The translations under genes were made by a program, and so were the position numbers. The notes beneath the pieces are model-generated. The model was not told the origin of the DNA, searched no databases, and was given only the letters and a program-made list of their open reading frames with translations. A DNA stretch of 64,000 nucleotides from Gemmatales bacterium. GTDB taxonomy: Bacteria > Planctomycetota > Planctomycetia > Gemmatales > HRBIN36. Positions 40,688-52,303 of this stretch are shown here, one piece after another (within the stretch, counting starts at the first letter, position 1; every line of letters begins with the position of its first letter). Location of the stretch: positions 749-64,748 of the forward strand of contig JBEPZY010000010.1 of the NCBI GenBank assembly GCA_041640595.1, given 5' to 3'.

Positions 40688-43351
40688 TCAGCGTGCCCAG
40701 TGTTTGCCGGTACGATAAGTTTGGGCGACAAGGCCGCGGTGGTCAATAGCGATGATAACAGCCCCTTCCCGCCAGGTTTCCCAGACGGTGGCCCCAAACT
40801 CCCGATACACGGCAGCACGCTGAGTGCGTCGGCGATCGCAAGCGACTACCACCAGACCCGGCCGACATGCCTGCGCCAGGGCAGGAGTATTGGCGCGCGG
40901 CGAGCCATGATGCGGGGCCAGCAGCACCTGCACCGGTTTGGGGAGGTGCGGTAAAACCTGGCTCAATCCTGGTTCCTCGAGGTCGCCCGTCAGGAGAATT
41001 TGCTGCTGGCCGTATCGCAGCAACAGTACCAGACTGCGGGCGTTTTCAGGGCCAGGTGGCCCGTCCGGTGGCGGATGCAGAATTTCGATGGCCAACTGTT
41101 CCTGGCCCGGCTGCGATGTTCTGGAACTGGCGGGAGCACTGAGCGGAACTAACCGTACACTGGTGTCGAGGCGATATACCGCAGCGCCGGCACGTTCGAG
41201 CGCTTGCTGAAGATATCGGCTGGCCGCCCCACCCTTTTCCCAGAAACTGGGCGTAACATAAACGGCACCGATACGGAACCTTTCCACCAGACGCGGTAAG
41301 GCGTTGTAGTGATCGAGATCGCCGTGAGAAAGAAGGACCGCGTCAATCCGGCGTTTTTGCCGATGCCACAAAAACGGAGCGATAACCCGCTCAGCTACGT
41401 CCGGCCCGGAGAGTGAACCCGCATCGTAAAGCCAGGTGCAGCCGTCCGGCGTTTCCACGACAACACAGCCACCGTGACCAACGTCGAGAAAGGTCACCCG
41501 CAATCCATTCCAGCGCTCTGGAATCAGGCTAACCAACCAGCCGATGACCGCCCATACCGCGACCCAGCCGATTACCCATCGCCATACTTTGTCCATGCTG
41601 GGCAGCAGCATCCAGGCCAGAACCACCAGGTAAAATCCGATCAACCACCACAGAGCCGGACCGGGCGTGAAGAAGTAGGCGAGCGGGACATTTTCCGCCC
41701 AGATGAGGAGCCCGTCGGCAATTCGCAAGGGCCAGGCGACCAGCCAGGCCAGACAACTCCCGATTCCCGGCACTCCCGCGGTAAATAGCAGTGCGATTCC
41801 TGCCAGCAAGGCGACGGTGATCAACGGAACAACCAGCGGGGTAAGCCAGACGCTCGCCGAAGGCACAGTGTTTACCTGGGCCGCTACACAAGGGGCCAAC
41901 ACGAGCCAGATCGCCCCGCTAACCAGACAGCTATCGCGCAGCCAGAGCAACACCGCCCGCACCAGCCACCTCGACCAGGAAAACCGTTCCAGGTGTTGCC
42001 AGGGATCGCGGAACAGTTCGTGCGTGTAGCGGATCAGCGTCTCGGCAAGCGTGCACAGCACCAGCGAGGCGAGAAAGGAGAGCTGGCACCCCAGCGTGAA
42101 CCAATCCTGCGGTTGCCACACGCCGATCACTAACCACGCCAGGCAAAGGAAATTCACCCTTTCGGTGGGTCGCGTCAACGCTAATCCGAGGCACCAGCAA
42201 GTCACCATAATCGCGGCGCGAAGCGTTGCCGGTCGTGCACCGGTCAGAAGTGCATACGACCACAGCAGCGGTATCACCAGCCAGGTCAGGTGACGCGGTG
42301 TCTTGCCAAAAAAGCGACCCAGCCACTGGACAAACGCAGCCAGCAGCACCAGGTGCTGCCCGGAGATGGCCAGGACGTGAATTACGCCGGTATGCAAATA
42401 ACGTTGCATAGCCCGCGGATCCACACTGGTCATTTCGCTCAGCAGCAACGCCACCGCCAGACCGAACACCTCTTCGGGCAGCAGTTCCTTGAGCCGATGG
42501 TAAAAGTATCGCTGACATCGGACGATCTGGGCCGGGAGATCGTACCAGCGTGCTGACTCCATACGCCAGCAGTTTTCCGCCGGTCCGCGAACGTAAACCC
42601 GCCCAGACAAACCCCGAGCATAATCGGAAAAACCAGGAGCATCCTCCCCCGGATTCCCGGGAGGCATGACCGCGATCAATTCGCCCAGCACCTGCACACG
42701 GTCGCCCGCTGCCAGCCAGTCAGCAGGACCATCGAAACTGATACGCATACGCCCACTTCGCCGCTCCCATCTCCCCGCAACGCTGAGATGCTCAACATCG
42801 GCCAGGCCTGTCGTATAAGCTCCTTTTTCCCACGAGCGCAACGGTTCGTAACGCGGCAACACCGTGTGCAATTCCACCAAACGCAGTCTCAGCAGCGCCG
42901 TTCGGCCTTCGGGAGAGGCGTCGTGGCGAATATCTTCCGCCGGGACCATTGCCCGCACATGGTACCATACCGCTCCGACCAGCAGGCATCCCACCAGAAG
43001 CCACAGCGTTCGTACCGCTCTCGACCATCCACCGGCACTGCACCACGGACTGAGTACCCAGGCCAGTGTCAGCAAAAGGCTACCGGGCAAGCCCAGCCAT
43101 TCCCAGCGCGCCAGCAACACGCCGGCAGTATAGCAGACGGCCACCGGCAAAATCGGGCGTAACAAGAACGTCTGCTGCCATCCGACAACGAGCATCGAGA
43201 AGCGACGCTTGACCGTCAGCCAGTGTCGGCCGATCGCTGACCGTATTGCCGAAGCGCGGGTTCCAGAAGGACGGTTTAAACTGGCGGTCGAACAACCTTC
43301 CTGCCGCTGCAATTCCACGCTCATGCAGTATCCTCCGTGCCCATGCAGCAA
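40688..43351 (-). CDS. comEC: ComEC/Rec2 DNA-uptake protein (true start may be downstream, e.g. 43195)
   Basis: GVIHVLAISGQH competence domain; MBL domain FLDVGHG, SHGDLDH, TGDLE, PHHGS. Confidence 0.9.
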   Translation of the reverse strand: MLHGHGGYCMSVELQRQEGCSTASLNRPSGTRASAIRSAIGRHWLTVKRRFSMLVVGWQQTFLLRPILPVAVCYTAGVLLARWEWLGLPGSLLLTLAWVLSPWCSAGGWSRAVRTLWLLVGCLLVGAVWYHVRAMVPAEDIRHDASPEGRTALLRLRLVELHTVLPRYEPLRSWEKGAYTTGLADVEHLSVAGRWERRSGRMRISFDGPADWLAAGDRVQVLGELIAVMPPGNPGEDAPGFSDYARGLSGRVYVRGPAENCWRMESARWYDLPAQIVRCQRYFYHRLKELLPEEVFGLAVALLLSEMTSVDPRAMQRYLHTGVIHVLAISGQHLVLLAAFVQWLGRFFGKTPRHLTWLVIPLLWSYALLTGARPATLRAAIMVTCWCLGLALTRPTERVNFLCLAWLVIGVWQPQDWFTLGCQLSFLASLVLCTLAETLIRYTHELFRDPWQHLERFSWSRWLVRAVLLWLRDSCLVSGAIWLVLAPCVAAQVNTVPSASVWLTPLVVPLITVALLAGIALLFTAGVPGIGSCLAWLVAWPLRIADGLLIWAENVPLAYFFTPGPALWWLIGFYLVVLAWMLLPSMDKVWRWVIGWVAVWAVIGWLVSLIPERWNGLRVTFLDVGHGGCVVVETPDGCTWLYDAGSLSGPDVAERVIAPFLWHRQKRRIDAVLLSHGDLDHYNALPRLVERFRIGAVYVTPSFWEKGGAASRYLQQALERAGAAVYRLDTSVRLVPLSAPASSRTSQPGQEQLAIEILHPPPDGPPGPENARSLVLLLRYGQQQILLTGDLEEPGLSQVLPHLPKPVQVLLAPHHGSPRANTPALAQACRPGLVVVACDRRRTQRAAVYREFGATVWETWREGAVIIAIDHRGLVAQTYRTGKHWAR

Positions 43352-43411
43352 CTATCCTGCCGACACGCATTCAGCATATACGCCTGCCAGACGCTCTGCT
43401 ACAAAAAAATC

Positions 43412-44593
43412 ATGCGAGAAATCACCCCGGAGAATGCCGCTGATTACCTGCTTCAAACCGGACTTGTCGGCGAAGAAATCCTCAGCGTCGAAGCCCTGGG
43501 TTGGGGTGTATCCAACCTGGTTCTGCGTGTGCGCACGCCGCGGCAATGGTATGTCCTGAAACAATCCCGACCGCAGCTTCGCACCAGAGAACTCTGGTTA
43601 AGCGATCCGGAGCGAATCTTCCGCGAAGCCGAGGCTATGCGAGCCCTGGCCACGATTCTGCCTGCCGGTGTGGTGCCGCGTCTCCTGCACGTGGATCGGC
43701 AGGACTACTGGTTGCTCATGGAACACGCCCCGCCATCGGCCCGAGTCTGGAAAGGAGAATTGCTCGCCGCACGGATTGACCCCGCAGTCGCGGAATTTGC
43801 CGGGCACATCCTCGGTCTGTTACACCAGCGCACCCGCGATGAGCCGGCATGGCGTGAGCAGTTCGCTGACCGCACCATTTTCTGGCAACTGCGTACCGAG
43901 CCGTTTTATCTTCGCATCCTGCAACGGCATCCCGATCTGACCGACGCCGTGCGGCCCTTGATTCAGCGGCTGGAAAGTCATAGCGAAGCGATCTGTCATG
44001 GCGATTTCAGCCCGAAAAACTTTCTTGTCTGGCCAGCGGACTCGCAGCATCAGCAGATGGCTGACATCGCCAGGCCGCGTGGCTTTTTTACACTGGTGGA
44101 CTACGAAACCGTGCACTACGGCGACCCGGCAATGGATGTTGGCTTCTTCTTGAGCCACTTGTTGCTGAAAGCCTTGCGATTATCGCGGCCGTGGACAGAA
44201 TCGTGGCAGCTTCCGCAACCGCCCGAGATCAACCCAGCCCACCACCCAGCCGATCGGGCCGGCTCATCACCCAGCGACAGTTCGAGGGCAGAAATTCCCT
44301 GGCCGGAACAAATCTGTGCTCTGACCGACCGCTTCTGGGCGCACTATCGTGACACCGCCGGAGACCTTTGCACACCGGAACATGAGTACTGGTCGCGCCT
44401 GCATTGCGGCGTGGTCATGCTGGTGCGCGTGGATGGCACCAGTCCCGTGGATTACCTGCCGGAAGACTGCCTCCGCACCGCCGCCCGCCAGTTGGCACGA
44501 TCGCTGTTGTTGCAGCCGACCGGGGACTGGCAGGAAGTGCTGGCACGATTACGCGAACTCCAGCGGCATCTGCCAGTACCGACCACGAACTGA
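43412..44593 (+). CDS. Aminoglycoside phosphotransferase/methylthioribose kinase-like protein
   Basis: GWGVSN, VLKQS, HGDFSPKN and VDYE..HYGDPAMD motifs. Confidence 0.8.
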   Translation: MREITPENAADYLLQTGLVGEEILSVEALGWGVSNLVLRVRTPRQWYVLKQSRPQLRTRELWLSDPERIFREAEAMRALATILPAGVVPRLLHVDRQDYWLLMEHAPPSARVWKGELLAARIDPAVAEFAGHILGLLHQRTRDEPAWREQFADRTIFWQLRTEPFYLRILQRHPDLTDAVRPLIQRLESHSEAICHGDFSPKNFLVWPADSQHQQMADIARPRGFFTLVDYETVHYGDPAMDVGFFLSHLLLKALRLSRPWTESWQLPQPPEINPAHHPADRAGSSPSDSSRAEIPWPEQICALTDRFWAHYRDTAGDLCTPEHEYWSRLHCGVVMLVRVDGTSPVDYLPEDCLRTAARQLARSLLLQPTGDWQEVLARLRELQRHLPVPTTN

Positions 44594-44714
44594 GCACGAC
44601 GGCCACAACGGGAGTTAACACCCTATGGCAACCCGCGCAGGAAGGCTCATTGGTTTGCCGGCGCATACGGACAGAGGTGATAGGCCACGCAGCAATGGGC
44701 TTGCCGGGTAAGTT

Positions 44715-47700
44715 TTACTCGGGAAGGTGGCGGAGTTCGTCCTGGAGTTGTTCCCAGCGGAGGAGTTGCTGGGGAGCCTGTGGTAAGCGTTCCAGGGGCA
44801 TGATCAGCCAGGGGGCGCGTTCGGCCAGAACGCGACGGACTTCCATTTCCATGCGGCGTAACCATTGCGGCGTGTCGAGCCCGGCACCACTGGGGGATTG
44901 CAAAAACGGTTGCAAAGCCTCTCGCAAATGATTGACCGCCTCGCCACCGCCCTGTTTGGCTTCCATCATAACCGGTTCTACCAGGGCACACAGATAATCT
45001 TCCTGCAAATCGAGTCCCAGGCCGCCCTGGATGCGATCGTGGATGGTAATCAGCTGCAAGCCATAACGCTGTTCGAGTTCTGCCAGGCGGCTTCGCAATT
45101 CGGCCGTGCGAGTCTGGGCGAGTTGCTCGACCCATTGCCGCCATAATCGCGCTGTTCGCATACTCCCTTCGCGCACCAGCACTTCATGGGCCAGACTGAG
45201 CGGGCGGTAATGCCAGCGGAATCGTTCAAACTCCACTTTGACGCGGAGAAACTCCATCAGCAGATGCAGATTCTCGCCGTAATCCGAATGGGCGGTGGTA
45301 GCGTTGTAGTCCTTGAATTCCTCGTAGTGGTCGGCCAGGGCGTGCAAGATGATTTCCAGGAAATAAGCAGCGCGATCACGAGGGATGTGATCGTCGAGTT
45401 CTTCCAGCAGGGCGATGGGTTCGCTGCGTGACCACGGCAGGCTTGCGCCAGCCGCTCCCGCCTGCGCTTCCTGTTCTAAATCGCGCAACCACTGATGCAC
45501 GCCGCGATGCAGGATACCGCGAATGTTGGCCAGTGTCAGAAACTTCGGATGGAACAAATCGCGACCGTAGCGGCGGATGAAACGGAGCAGTTGCTGCCAT
45601 TCGTTCTCGTTGCGGATCAACTCCAGCGCCGAGAGGCGAACCGACTGGCTATGTTGCCGCCAGAGTTTGCCGAAGCGGTTGGCTACCCCTTGCAACAACC
45701 GCACGACATGTTCAGGCAAATTCAGGGGCGGAAACCACACGCGAGCCGAGCGTACCAGAGTCCGAACCACTCCCTGAAAGGCCGCCTGGAACAGCCGGTC
45801 GAATTCGGTCACCCGTCGCGCCCCGGCGACCGGTCGGCCTTCGAGTTCCAGAGCGTGCTCCAGTAAGCGGTAAGTGGCACGCACCAGACCGAGGCGGGGG
45901 AGGTTTTCGGCCAACATGCGAAAGGTCAACAACAACGCCCGGGTGGTCAACACTGCGCGTGCTTCCCCTCCGGCTTCCGGTGGCACATAAAGCAGCGGGA
46001 CATCCTGCACGCTTTGCCACCAGTTTTCCATGTACCATTGCAGCAAGAGCGGATCGTTCCGCAGAGCGGCACGTTCCAGCAAAGCGGCCTGCCATTCGTG
46101 CAACTCTTCGTCTGCGATGTTGGGCGGTGGTTCGGCATGGGTGGCGGCTCGCAGCGAACGCAAAGCCAGGCGTGTCTCCTGCACCGCTACCAGCACCTGA
46201 TGGAGCAGGTCTTCCTTGATCTGGCATCGCCGTTCGTATTCGGCTACCGAATCCGGGTCGGCGGAAGGAGCAGGCAGGTTTTGCGCCTGCACCTCGTCGA
46301 GCAGGCGGAGTAACGCCGTAATCCGGGTTTGCGCTCGCCGCTCCCAGTCGGCCAGGGTTTCCTCAATTCCGGGGAGTGTGTGTTGTGTGGCCAGGCGACC
46401 GGCTAATTGCCATAGCGATGCTTCCATTGTCAGAAAACGCAGCCGGGGTTCGAGTCGGTCGCTTTCCGTCTCCAGAGAAAACTCGCCCGGCGCTGGCCCC
46501 ACATCGGCGACGCTTCCTTCCACATCGTCTTCGCTGCTGCCACGGAACACCACGCCTTCGTATGCGGCCGCGTAAGGATTCTCCTTCTCGGTGCGGGGGC
46601 TCTCTTGAGCCAGACCCAGCTGCGGCACTTCGCCGAACTCACCAGCATTCGCGTCCAGATAGTCGAGAAATTTCTTCAGCTGTTGCCAGGCTCGCAGCCA
46701 CTCCTGCTCCTGTGGTGGTGGCGCAGACGGTAACTCCTTCCAGGTGGGGAGAGTCTCGGCGGGTGCAGTCTGAGAGGAAGCAGCGGATGCGGGGGATATA
46801 ACCGCTACCGCCCAGCGCACCGCCAGACTCGAAAACGAGTAAATCCCATCTTCCAGGGGCACCGTCTGGCCGGGACGCGAAGGTTCCGCATCCTCGGCGG
46901 ACAAATCTTCTTCTCCGGCAGCCTGACTGAGCCAGGCCATGAGCAGACCCAGACTGGCCGAGTAATCGCGTTTTTCCAGCAGCGCTTGCACCGCTAAAGC
47001 AAAGGCTTTGGCGGTGCGAAACTGATGCAGATGCCGGCGCCAGAAGGCCAGGTCGGCCGGCTGATTACCGCGCTCATGCCACCGCGCCAGGACAGCGGCG
47101 ACGTGTTCGGCAGAATGGAACTCCTCCAGGGCATGTACCCGAGGCACATCGCTTACTTCATGCGCAGCAAACCGATGCCACCACTCGGCGAAGCGACGCA
47201 TGTGGCGACGAACCTGCGCTGCCAGTTCGCGCTGGCCACGAGCCGATGCTTCTCCGAGTAAGCGACTGTAATGGTGCAATACACCCTGAATCAACCGGAG
47301 CAATTCTTCCACACGCGGGTCGCGAACGCTGTCCTCTGCCGCTCCTGAGACGGGGAACATTCCCTGAAAGCCGAGAATGTTCCAGGGGTCCACCAATGCC
47401 CCGCAACGCACGCCGCGGAGCAACAGTTGCCGGATCTGCTTAAGCCAGGAAGCGGCCTGTTCGAGCTGGCCGTATTCGAGCTGGCGATGCACTTCGGCCA
47501 ACCGGCAGACCAGATCCACACTCCAGCGGACGGTGGCCGGCAAACCGCTCACCAGACGCCGACTTTCTTCGGGATAACCCATCTGGGCCCAGAGCGTGGC
47601 CAGCATGCGACGCTGCAATTGCGCAGCACGTCGGCGAGCCAGTGTTTGATTCAGATGCACGCGCACACCGCCGAACGGCTGCTTCAGGCGTTTTGCTTCG

Positions 47701-48749
47701 GCACGCAGTCGCTTGCCGTGTTCCCCAGGCACACGTTCCAGCCACCAGCGATAAAAAGTGTCGCGAGCCTCGGCGACTTTCGGCACCAGCACGGCCAGGG
47801 AAGCGTGGGCTTCTGGAGAACGCGGTGACCGACCAGCCACGCCCGTTCCCATCAAAATCGTCGCCGCCAGAACCAACGCCGCCTCCAGCAACCGCTCCTC
47901 ACGATCACGACCGTCATCCCGTTCCACCCACTCCTGCAGCAAATCGAGCGTCAGCTTTTGCAGGACGTAGCGGCAATAACGTCCCCGCTTGTTCAGCTGG
48001 TACGGGTCCCACATGCCGAACAGATAATTCGGCCGGCGCTGGGCTGGATGGGCGAAATCTTCCCCACGCGGATCCCAGGCCAGTTCTTCTAACTGCTTCA
48101 GTTCCAGATGCACACTTTCCAGAAGCTCCGGGTCGGTTTGCTGCAACACTTCCAGCGTTTTTTCCAGCAACCGCTGGTAGGGCCCCCAGGCCACACCGAC
48201 ACCGCGAAAATAAACCGGGATCGGACAAACCCACTCTCGTGAATACGGCTTACCTCGCTGGCGATTTTCGAGGATGGCCACCGGCCGATAACCCACATAA
48301 TCGTTCACCCGTTTCAATGCCCCCTGCACGATGCGGTCGCGTTCTTCCCAGGGCCCTCCCTCGGCTAACACCGCTTCACAGAAACGCACCAGCACAAACG
48401 GTTGCCATAACTCAGCATCGCTGAGGTGCCCGAGCAAATCGCCATGCCATTCGCGGTAGGCCTGGGGCAATTCCACCAGCCCCAGCTCAATGACTGCTGC
48501 CGCCTGGTCGGTTTCCGAGAAACCGCGGTGTTGCTTGGTGTGCAACTGAGTCAGAGCGGCCCGCAACAACTCCGGCAACATGAGCCACGGTTCCGATGCG
48601 CCAGCCTCAGCGAGCTGACGATAAAGGTCGTTCAGGTGTCGGCGAAAACGTGGGTCAGGCCGGCCAGCAGAGTAGTTCAAATAACCCAGCACCTGCGGCC
48701 AGACCGCTTCATTTTCCGCTACCAACCTTTCTACCCAGTCTCCAGACAT
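44715..48749 (-). CDS. Large (1344 aa) helical hypothetical protein
   Basis: Long uninterrupted ORF with protein-like composition; no catalytic motif recognised. Confidence 0.85.
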   Translation of the reverse strand: MSGDWVERLVAENEAVWPQVLGYLNYSAGRPDPRFRRHLNDLYRQLAEAGASEPWLMLPELLRAALTQLHTKQHRGFSETDQAAAVIELGLVELPQAYREWHGDLLGHLSDAELWQPFVLVRFCEAVLAEGGPWEERDRIVQGALKRVNDYVGYRPVAILENRQRGKPYSREWVCPIPVYFRGVGVAWGPYQRLLEKTLEVLQQTDPELLESVHLELKQLEELAWDPRGEDFAHPAQRRPNYLFGMWDPYQLNKRGRYCRYVLQKLTLDLLQEWVERDDGRDREERLLEAALVLAATILMGTGVAGRSPRSPEAHASLAVLVPKVAEARDTFYRWWLERVPGEHGKRLRAEAKRLKQPFGGVRVHLNQTLARRRAAQLQRRMLATLWAQMGYPEESRRLVSGLPATVRWSVDLVCRLAEVHRQLEYGQLEQAASWLKQIRQLLLRGVRCGALVDPWNILGFQGMFPVSGAAEDSVRDPRVEELLRLIQGVLHHYSRLLGEASARGQRELAAQVRRHMRRFAEWWHRFAAHEVSDVPRVHALEEFHSAEHVAAVLARWHERGNQPADLAFWRRHLHQFRTAKAFALAVQALLEKRDYSASLGLLMAWLSQAAGEEDLSAEDAEPSRPGQTVPLEDGIYSFSSLAVRWAVAVISPASAASSQTAPAETLPTWKELPSAPPPQEQEWLRAWQQLKKFLDYLDANAGEFGEVPQLGLAQESPRTEKENPYAAAYEGVVFRGSSEDDVEGSVADVGPAPGEFSLETESDRLEPRLRFLTMEASLWQLAGRLATQHTLPGIEETLADWERRAQTRITALLRLLDEVQAQNLPAPSADPDSVAEYERRCQIKEDLLHQVLVAVQETRLALRSLRAATHAEPPPNIADEELHEWQAALLERAALRNDPLLLQWYMENWWQSVQDVPLLYVPPEAGGEARAVLTTRALLLTFRMLAENLPRLGLVRATYRLLEHALELEGRPVAGARRVTEFDRLFQAAFQGVVRTLVRSARVWFPPLNLPEHVVRLLQGVANRFGKLWRQHSQSVRLSALELIRNENEWQQLLRFIRRYGRDLFHPKFLTLANIRGILHRGVHQWLRDLEQEAQAGAAGASLPWSRSEPIALLEELDDHIPRDRAAYFLEIILHALADHYEEFKDYNATTAHSDYGENLHLLMEFLRVKVEFERFRWHYRPLSLAHEVLVREGSMRTARLWRQWVEQLAQTRTAELRSRLAELEQRYGLQLITIHDRIQGGLGLDLQEDYLCALVEPVMMEAKQGGGEAVNHLREALQPFLQSPSGAGLDTPQWLRRMEMEVRRVLAERAPWLIMPLERLPQAPQQLLRWEQLQDELRHLPE

Positions 48750-49061
48750 AGCAGGCAGGGCCTCCCGGATTTACGCCTGATCATTGTACGTGTACGGCTG
48801 CGCAATTCCGGATGGAGGTGCACGAATCAAGCCTCGCTAAATCCATTGCGTAAGGACAACCTGGATGCATCCTGGGAACCGGCAGAAGATTTTCGTTCCT
48901 GGCAACATTTGCCACGCAGGAAACATGAGTTATATTTTTCACGCCCCATAGTCCTTGCGGGCACCGGCAAACACATCTTCAGCCGCAACGGCTTTCGCAA
49001 CCAGCGCACCAGCATCATATCAGAGCAGCGGAGTTTCGTTTCGATGGGAGGAGATGCCAGC

Positions 49062-49430
49062 ATGACCAGCGGGGAAAAAGCGCCACTGTCGGCTCAGTCT
49101 GGCAAAGGCGAGCGGCGTGCTACGGAGCGACGCCAGAAAAACATTCCCGTAGCCGTCGAACGACGCGGGGCCAAACGCCACGACCGTCGCCGTCAGGTGG
49201 ACCCGACCACCTGTGAACGGGATTACACTCCCGAAGAGATCGAGTTTATGCAGGCGATGGATTATTACAAACGGGTCAATCGCAGACCCTTTCCTACCTG
49301 GAGTGAGGTCCTGGAAGTTCTCTTATCCCTTGGTTACCGCAAGGTGGCTCCGCCCAGCCCGATTCCGGGGCCTCATGATGTGCCCCATTCGGTTCCGCTG
49401 TCGGACCAATCCTCGGCCACAAAAAGCTGA
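49062..49430 (+). CDS. Small conserved planctomycete-type protein
   Basis: GGAGGAG RBS; ERR repeats, then [35 protein letters not shown]. Confidence 0.8.
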   Translation: MTSGEKAPLSAQSGKGERRATERRQKNIPVAVERRGAKRHDRRRQVDPTTCERDYTPEEIEFMQAMDYYKRVNRRPFPTWSEVLEVLLSLGYRKVAPPSPIPGPHDVPHSVPLSDQSSATKS

Positions 49431-49555
49431 GCCGCTGTCCGGTTTTGCTAAAACACCGCCGGACGGGTCGGTCAGAATCCTCGGCGGCTGAAAGGTGAGC
49501 CGCAATCCCATGGGCGGACATGCAGGGTAGTCCGGTGCTGCGACCGTGCCCCTCT

Positions 49556-49790
49556 GGGATCGGCCCGCTTTTCGCTATATCAGCGTCATGGGACTGCTTG
49601 GCGGATTGCTACGAAGATATCAGGGTCGGCCCGCTTTTCGCTATATCACCGTCCCCTGACCGCTGCGCATGAGGGGAGGCATCCGATTCGCCAAGTGGCT
49701 CCCTTTCTCCGTATCGCTGTCCCCTGACCGCTGCGCACGCCGGAAGGCATCCAAGGCACCGCGTCGCTGCTTTTCGCCATATTACTTCGC
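49556..49790. repeat. Degenerate 66-69 bp tandem array, about 4 units
   Basis: tcggcccgcttttcgctatatca at 49560 and 49626; gtcccctgaccgctgcgca at 49651 and 49719; gcttttcgccatatta at 49769. Confidence 0.75.
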
Positions 49791-50136
49791 CGGACTTGCT
49801 CTTGGTCCTGACGCGCTTTCGGGCAGCGAAACCGCATCGGCGCACCAGGCGGATCGACAAGAAAGCTCGGCCAGTTCAACACCAAAGCACGGACGAGGTC
49901 CTTCGCCCAGGACGGTGGGGGTGCTATTCAGGTGTGGATGGCCAACGGGGAGCTACAGGCGGCTGGGCAAGAAGGTGCGAACGTTTTACCTCCGGGAAGC
50001 CAACATTTGCTGTCGAACGCGATCCTGTCGGCAACACCCGGGATCGGCGAAAATCGGTCCGCTATTCGGCCGGTTCAAATTTCGCTCGCCGTTGCAGGGG
50101 CGTTTCCCGGTACCAGAGTCGCCGAAAGTTGACCCA

Positions 50137-51645
50137 TCATTCGGCCGGTGTAAACTCCACTACCAGCGACTGCTGTTCCCGTTCGTAGTAACGTCGGAGC
50201 ACTTCCGCCTCGCTAAGTTCCATGTCTTCGTCGGCACATAACGTAAGTCGGCTGGGAACAAAAACCTGCCCGCTGCGACAGCGTATCGGTTCGCCCGTTG
50301 TCGAATCGAGCAACGCCTCGCCGCCTTCGGTTTGCCAGAGTAGCCCCTCGTGCGACCAGACCAGCTTCAAGCAGCATGGCAAGTCAGGCCAGTAAACATG
50401 CCCCTGCCCTGCCTGCGGCGTGAAGGTGACACTTTCGTCCAGCAAAACCACCTGGGATATCCTGGCAGGAGCAAGAATTCGCCCTTCTGCAGCTGGTGCG
50501 ATTAACACAGCCGTCCCGGAACCCGGCACGGTTTGGCGGAACCGGAAAATTACGGAAGTTGCCCCTGCGTCGCCGAGAGCGATTTCGTCGCCATCGCGGA
50601 GCGGGTGGGCATTGCTAACTGCTCGACCATTGACACTGGCGTAACAGTAACGGCCGTGTTTATCCAGGCACGGTACCAGCTGGTATCGTCCATGGTCGCG
50701 GAGAAGTCGGGCGTGGCACCCATGTAACTTCGCCAGTAAACGGATGGTCGCTTGTTCGCCGACGCCGAGTACGATTTCGGAAGCCGATACGATCAGCCAC
50801 CTGTTTCCTACCACAAACCGCTGGTTGCGTTCGGTAATGCGAACACAGACTCGCTGCTCGCGGCACCGTTGCTCCAGTTTGTGGACCTCGTAAGCCAGTT
50901 GCCGCACCTCTTCGTTATCCGGGTCGTGTTCACAGGCCTTATGGCACAGCGCGATGGCACGGGGCAAATCCTGCGCCTGTATGGCCCGCCTGGTCTGACC
51001 GATCAGCCAGTCGAGCATCTGCTTACGGTTTTTCTCTTCCAGGCAATTACGCAAGTTCTTGTAACGGTAATCATCCGCGGCGACAAGTTCGGCTACCCCG
51101 TTGAGAGCCTGCTCCGCCGCGGCCAGGTCGTTGCGTTCCAGTGACTGTTCCGCTTCTTGCAGCAGGGTTTCCACGCTGTTTAGCCGAGCCCGGGCATCCG
51201 CCAGTAAGGGAAGTAAACGATTCGCAGCATCCTCACGCTGTACGCCAGTCATGCCTTCCAGAAAGTGTTTGATCAGATCGATCACCGAACGATAGCGACG
51301 TTGCTGTAACCATTGCTGGGCCTGCTTTTCGACATAGTGAATGGCCTGCTGCCTGCCCTTTTCGCGCTCCCATTCCCGCTCCACCTTTTCGGCGAATACA
51401 GCGTCCTGCTTATTCAACGGCGCCAACTTTTTCGCCAACTGGATCGCTTCAAAACTGGCCAGCAGCGCTCCATCTTCATATTCCCGCCGGGCGGTCTCCA
51501 AAAGGACCTCAGCAACTCGCTGCCGGCAGGCGACTACGTCTTTATGATTGGCGTCCCGTGCAGCTAAAAGCGCATAGGCGGCCTGGCGTGGATTACCCTG
51601 GTTCAGCCACGCCTGGGCTTCCTTCACTTCCCGCGGTTGGAACAC
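50137..51645 (-). CDS. TPR-like + FHA domain protein
   Basis: Helical repeats N-terminally; LHGCHARL...VNGRAV...LRDGDEIALG FHA-like region; GGAG before GTG. Confidence 0.75.
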   Translation of the reverse strand: MFQPREVKEAQAWLNQGNPRQAAYALLAARDANHKDVVACRQRVAEVLLETARREYEDGALLASFEAIQLAKKLAPLNKQDAVFAEKVEREWEREKGRQQAIHYVEKQAQQWLQQRRYRSVIDLIKHFLEGMTGVQREDAANRLLPLLADARARLNSVETLLQEAEQSLERNDLAAAEQALNGVAELVAADDYRYKNLRNCLEEKNRKQMLDWLIGQTRRAIQAQDLPRAIALCHKACEHDPDNEEVRQLAYEVHKLEQRCREQRVCVRITERNQRFVVGNRWLIVSASEIVLGVGEQATIRLLAKLHGCHARLLRDHGRYQLVPCLDKHGRYCYASVNGRAVSNAHPLRDGDEIALGDAGATSVIFRFRQTVPGSGTAVLIAPAAEGRILAPARISQVVLLDESVTFTPQAGQGHVYWPDLPCCLKLVWSHEGLLWQTEGGEALLDSTTGEPIRCRSGQVFVPSRLTLCADEDMELSEAEVLRRYYEREQQSLVVEFTPAE

Positions 51646-52303
51646 GGTAGTATCTCCGCAAGTCGGCCCCGATTTATATTAGCGATTGCCAGGCGAGAAT
51701 CTGACAACCACGTGGCCACAAGTTCAGCAACACCTTGGCGAGCGTAAAAGAAAACGGGGGTAACAAAATTACCAGCCCCAGTTTAACAAGTTCAGTCATG
51801 CCCCGCAGCTCCCCGTCTGGGTCTTGCGAGAAGCGGACGGTTCCAAGCCAGCAAAGGCATGCGTTTCGCCATGACGCCACACCCCCCCGCCAGCGTTCTC
51901 CATACCAGTCGGGAAAGTTACGCCTGGAATTATCTGTGCCGAGGGACATCGGCTGCGGCAGGTTGGCCCTGGAGAGTTCGGTACCAGCGAAAATGCCGGC
52001 TTCGCAGCGCGAAGTTGGTGCGGTTGCTCCGTGCTGACCCCCTCGACGCAACGTCCGCTGTGGCTGACAGCACGCTATACGTGCGGATGCGCCAGTGGTC
52101 GGCGTCTTCGCAAGTCAGGCGGAGTGTATTTCCGAAACGCCGGTGTATCGTTCGGGCCAAGGCATCTGGCGCTATTCCTTGCCGCGCGGCAACTGACCGT
52201 GCATGATAATCCGCAGGAATCGGGCACCTGTCATTTCATCTGAATACGCCACCGTCTTCGCTACATCGCAGCGGATTGGGTGGCTGAGGCAGGAGGGAGA
52301 GCC

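Noticed and set aside
51674-52243. Short ORFs between the FHA gene and the oxidoreductase (similarly 49.6-50.1 kb and 53.6-54.6 kb)
   Set aside because: No motif, RBS or composition support; no structured RNA family recognised either
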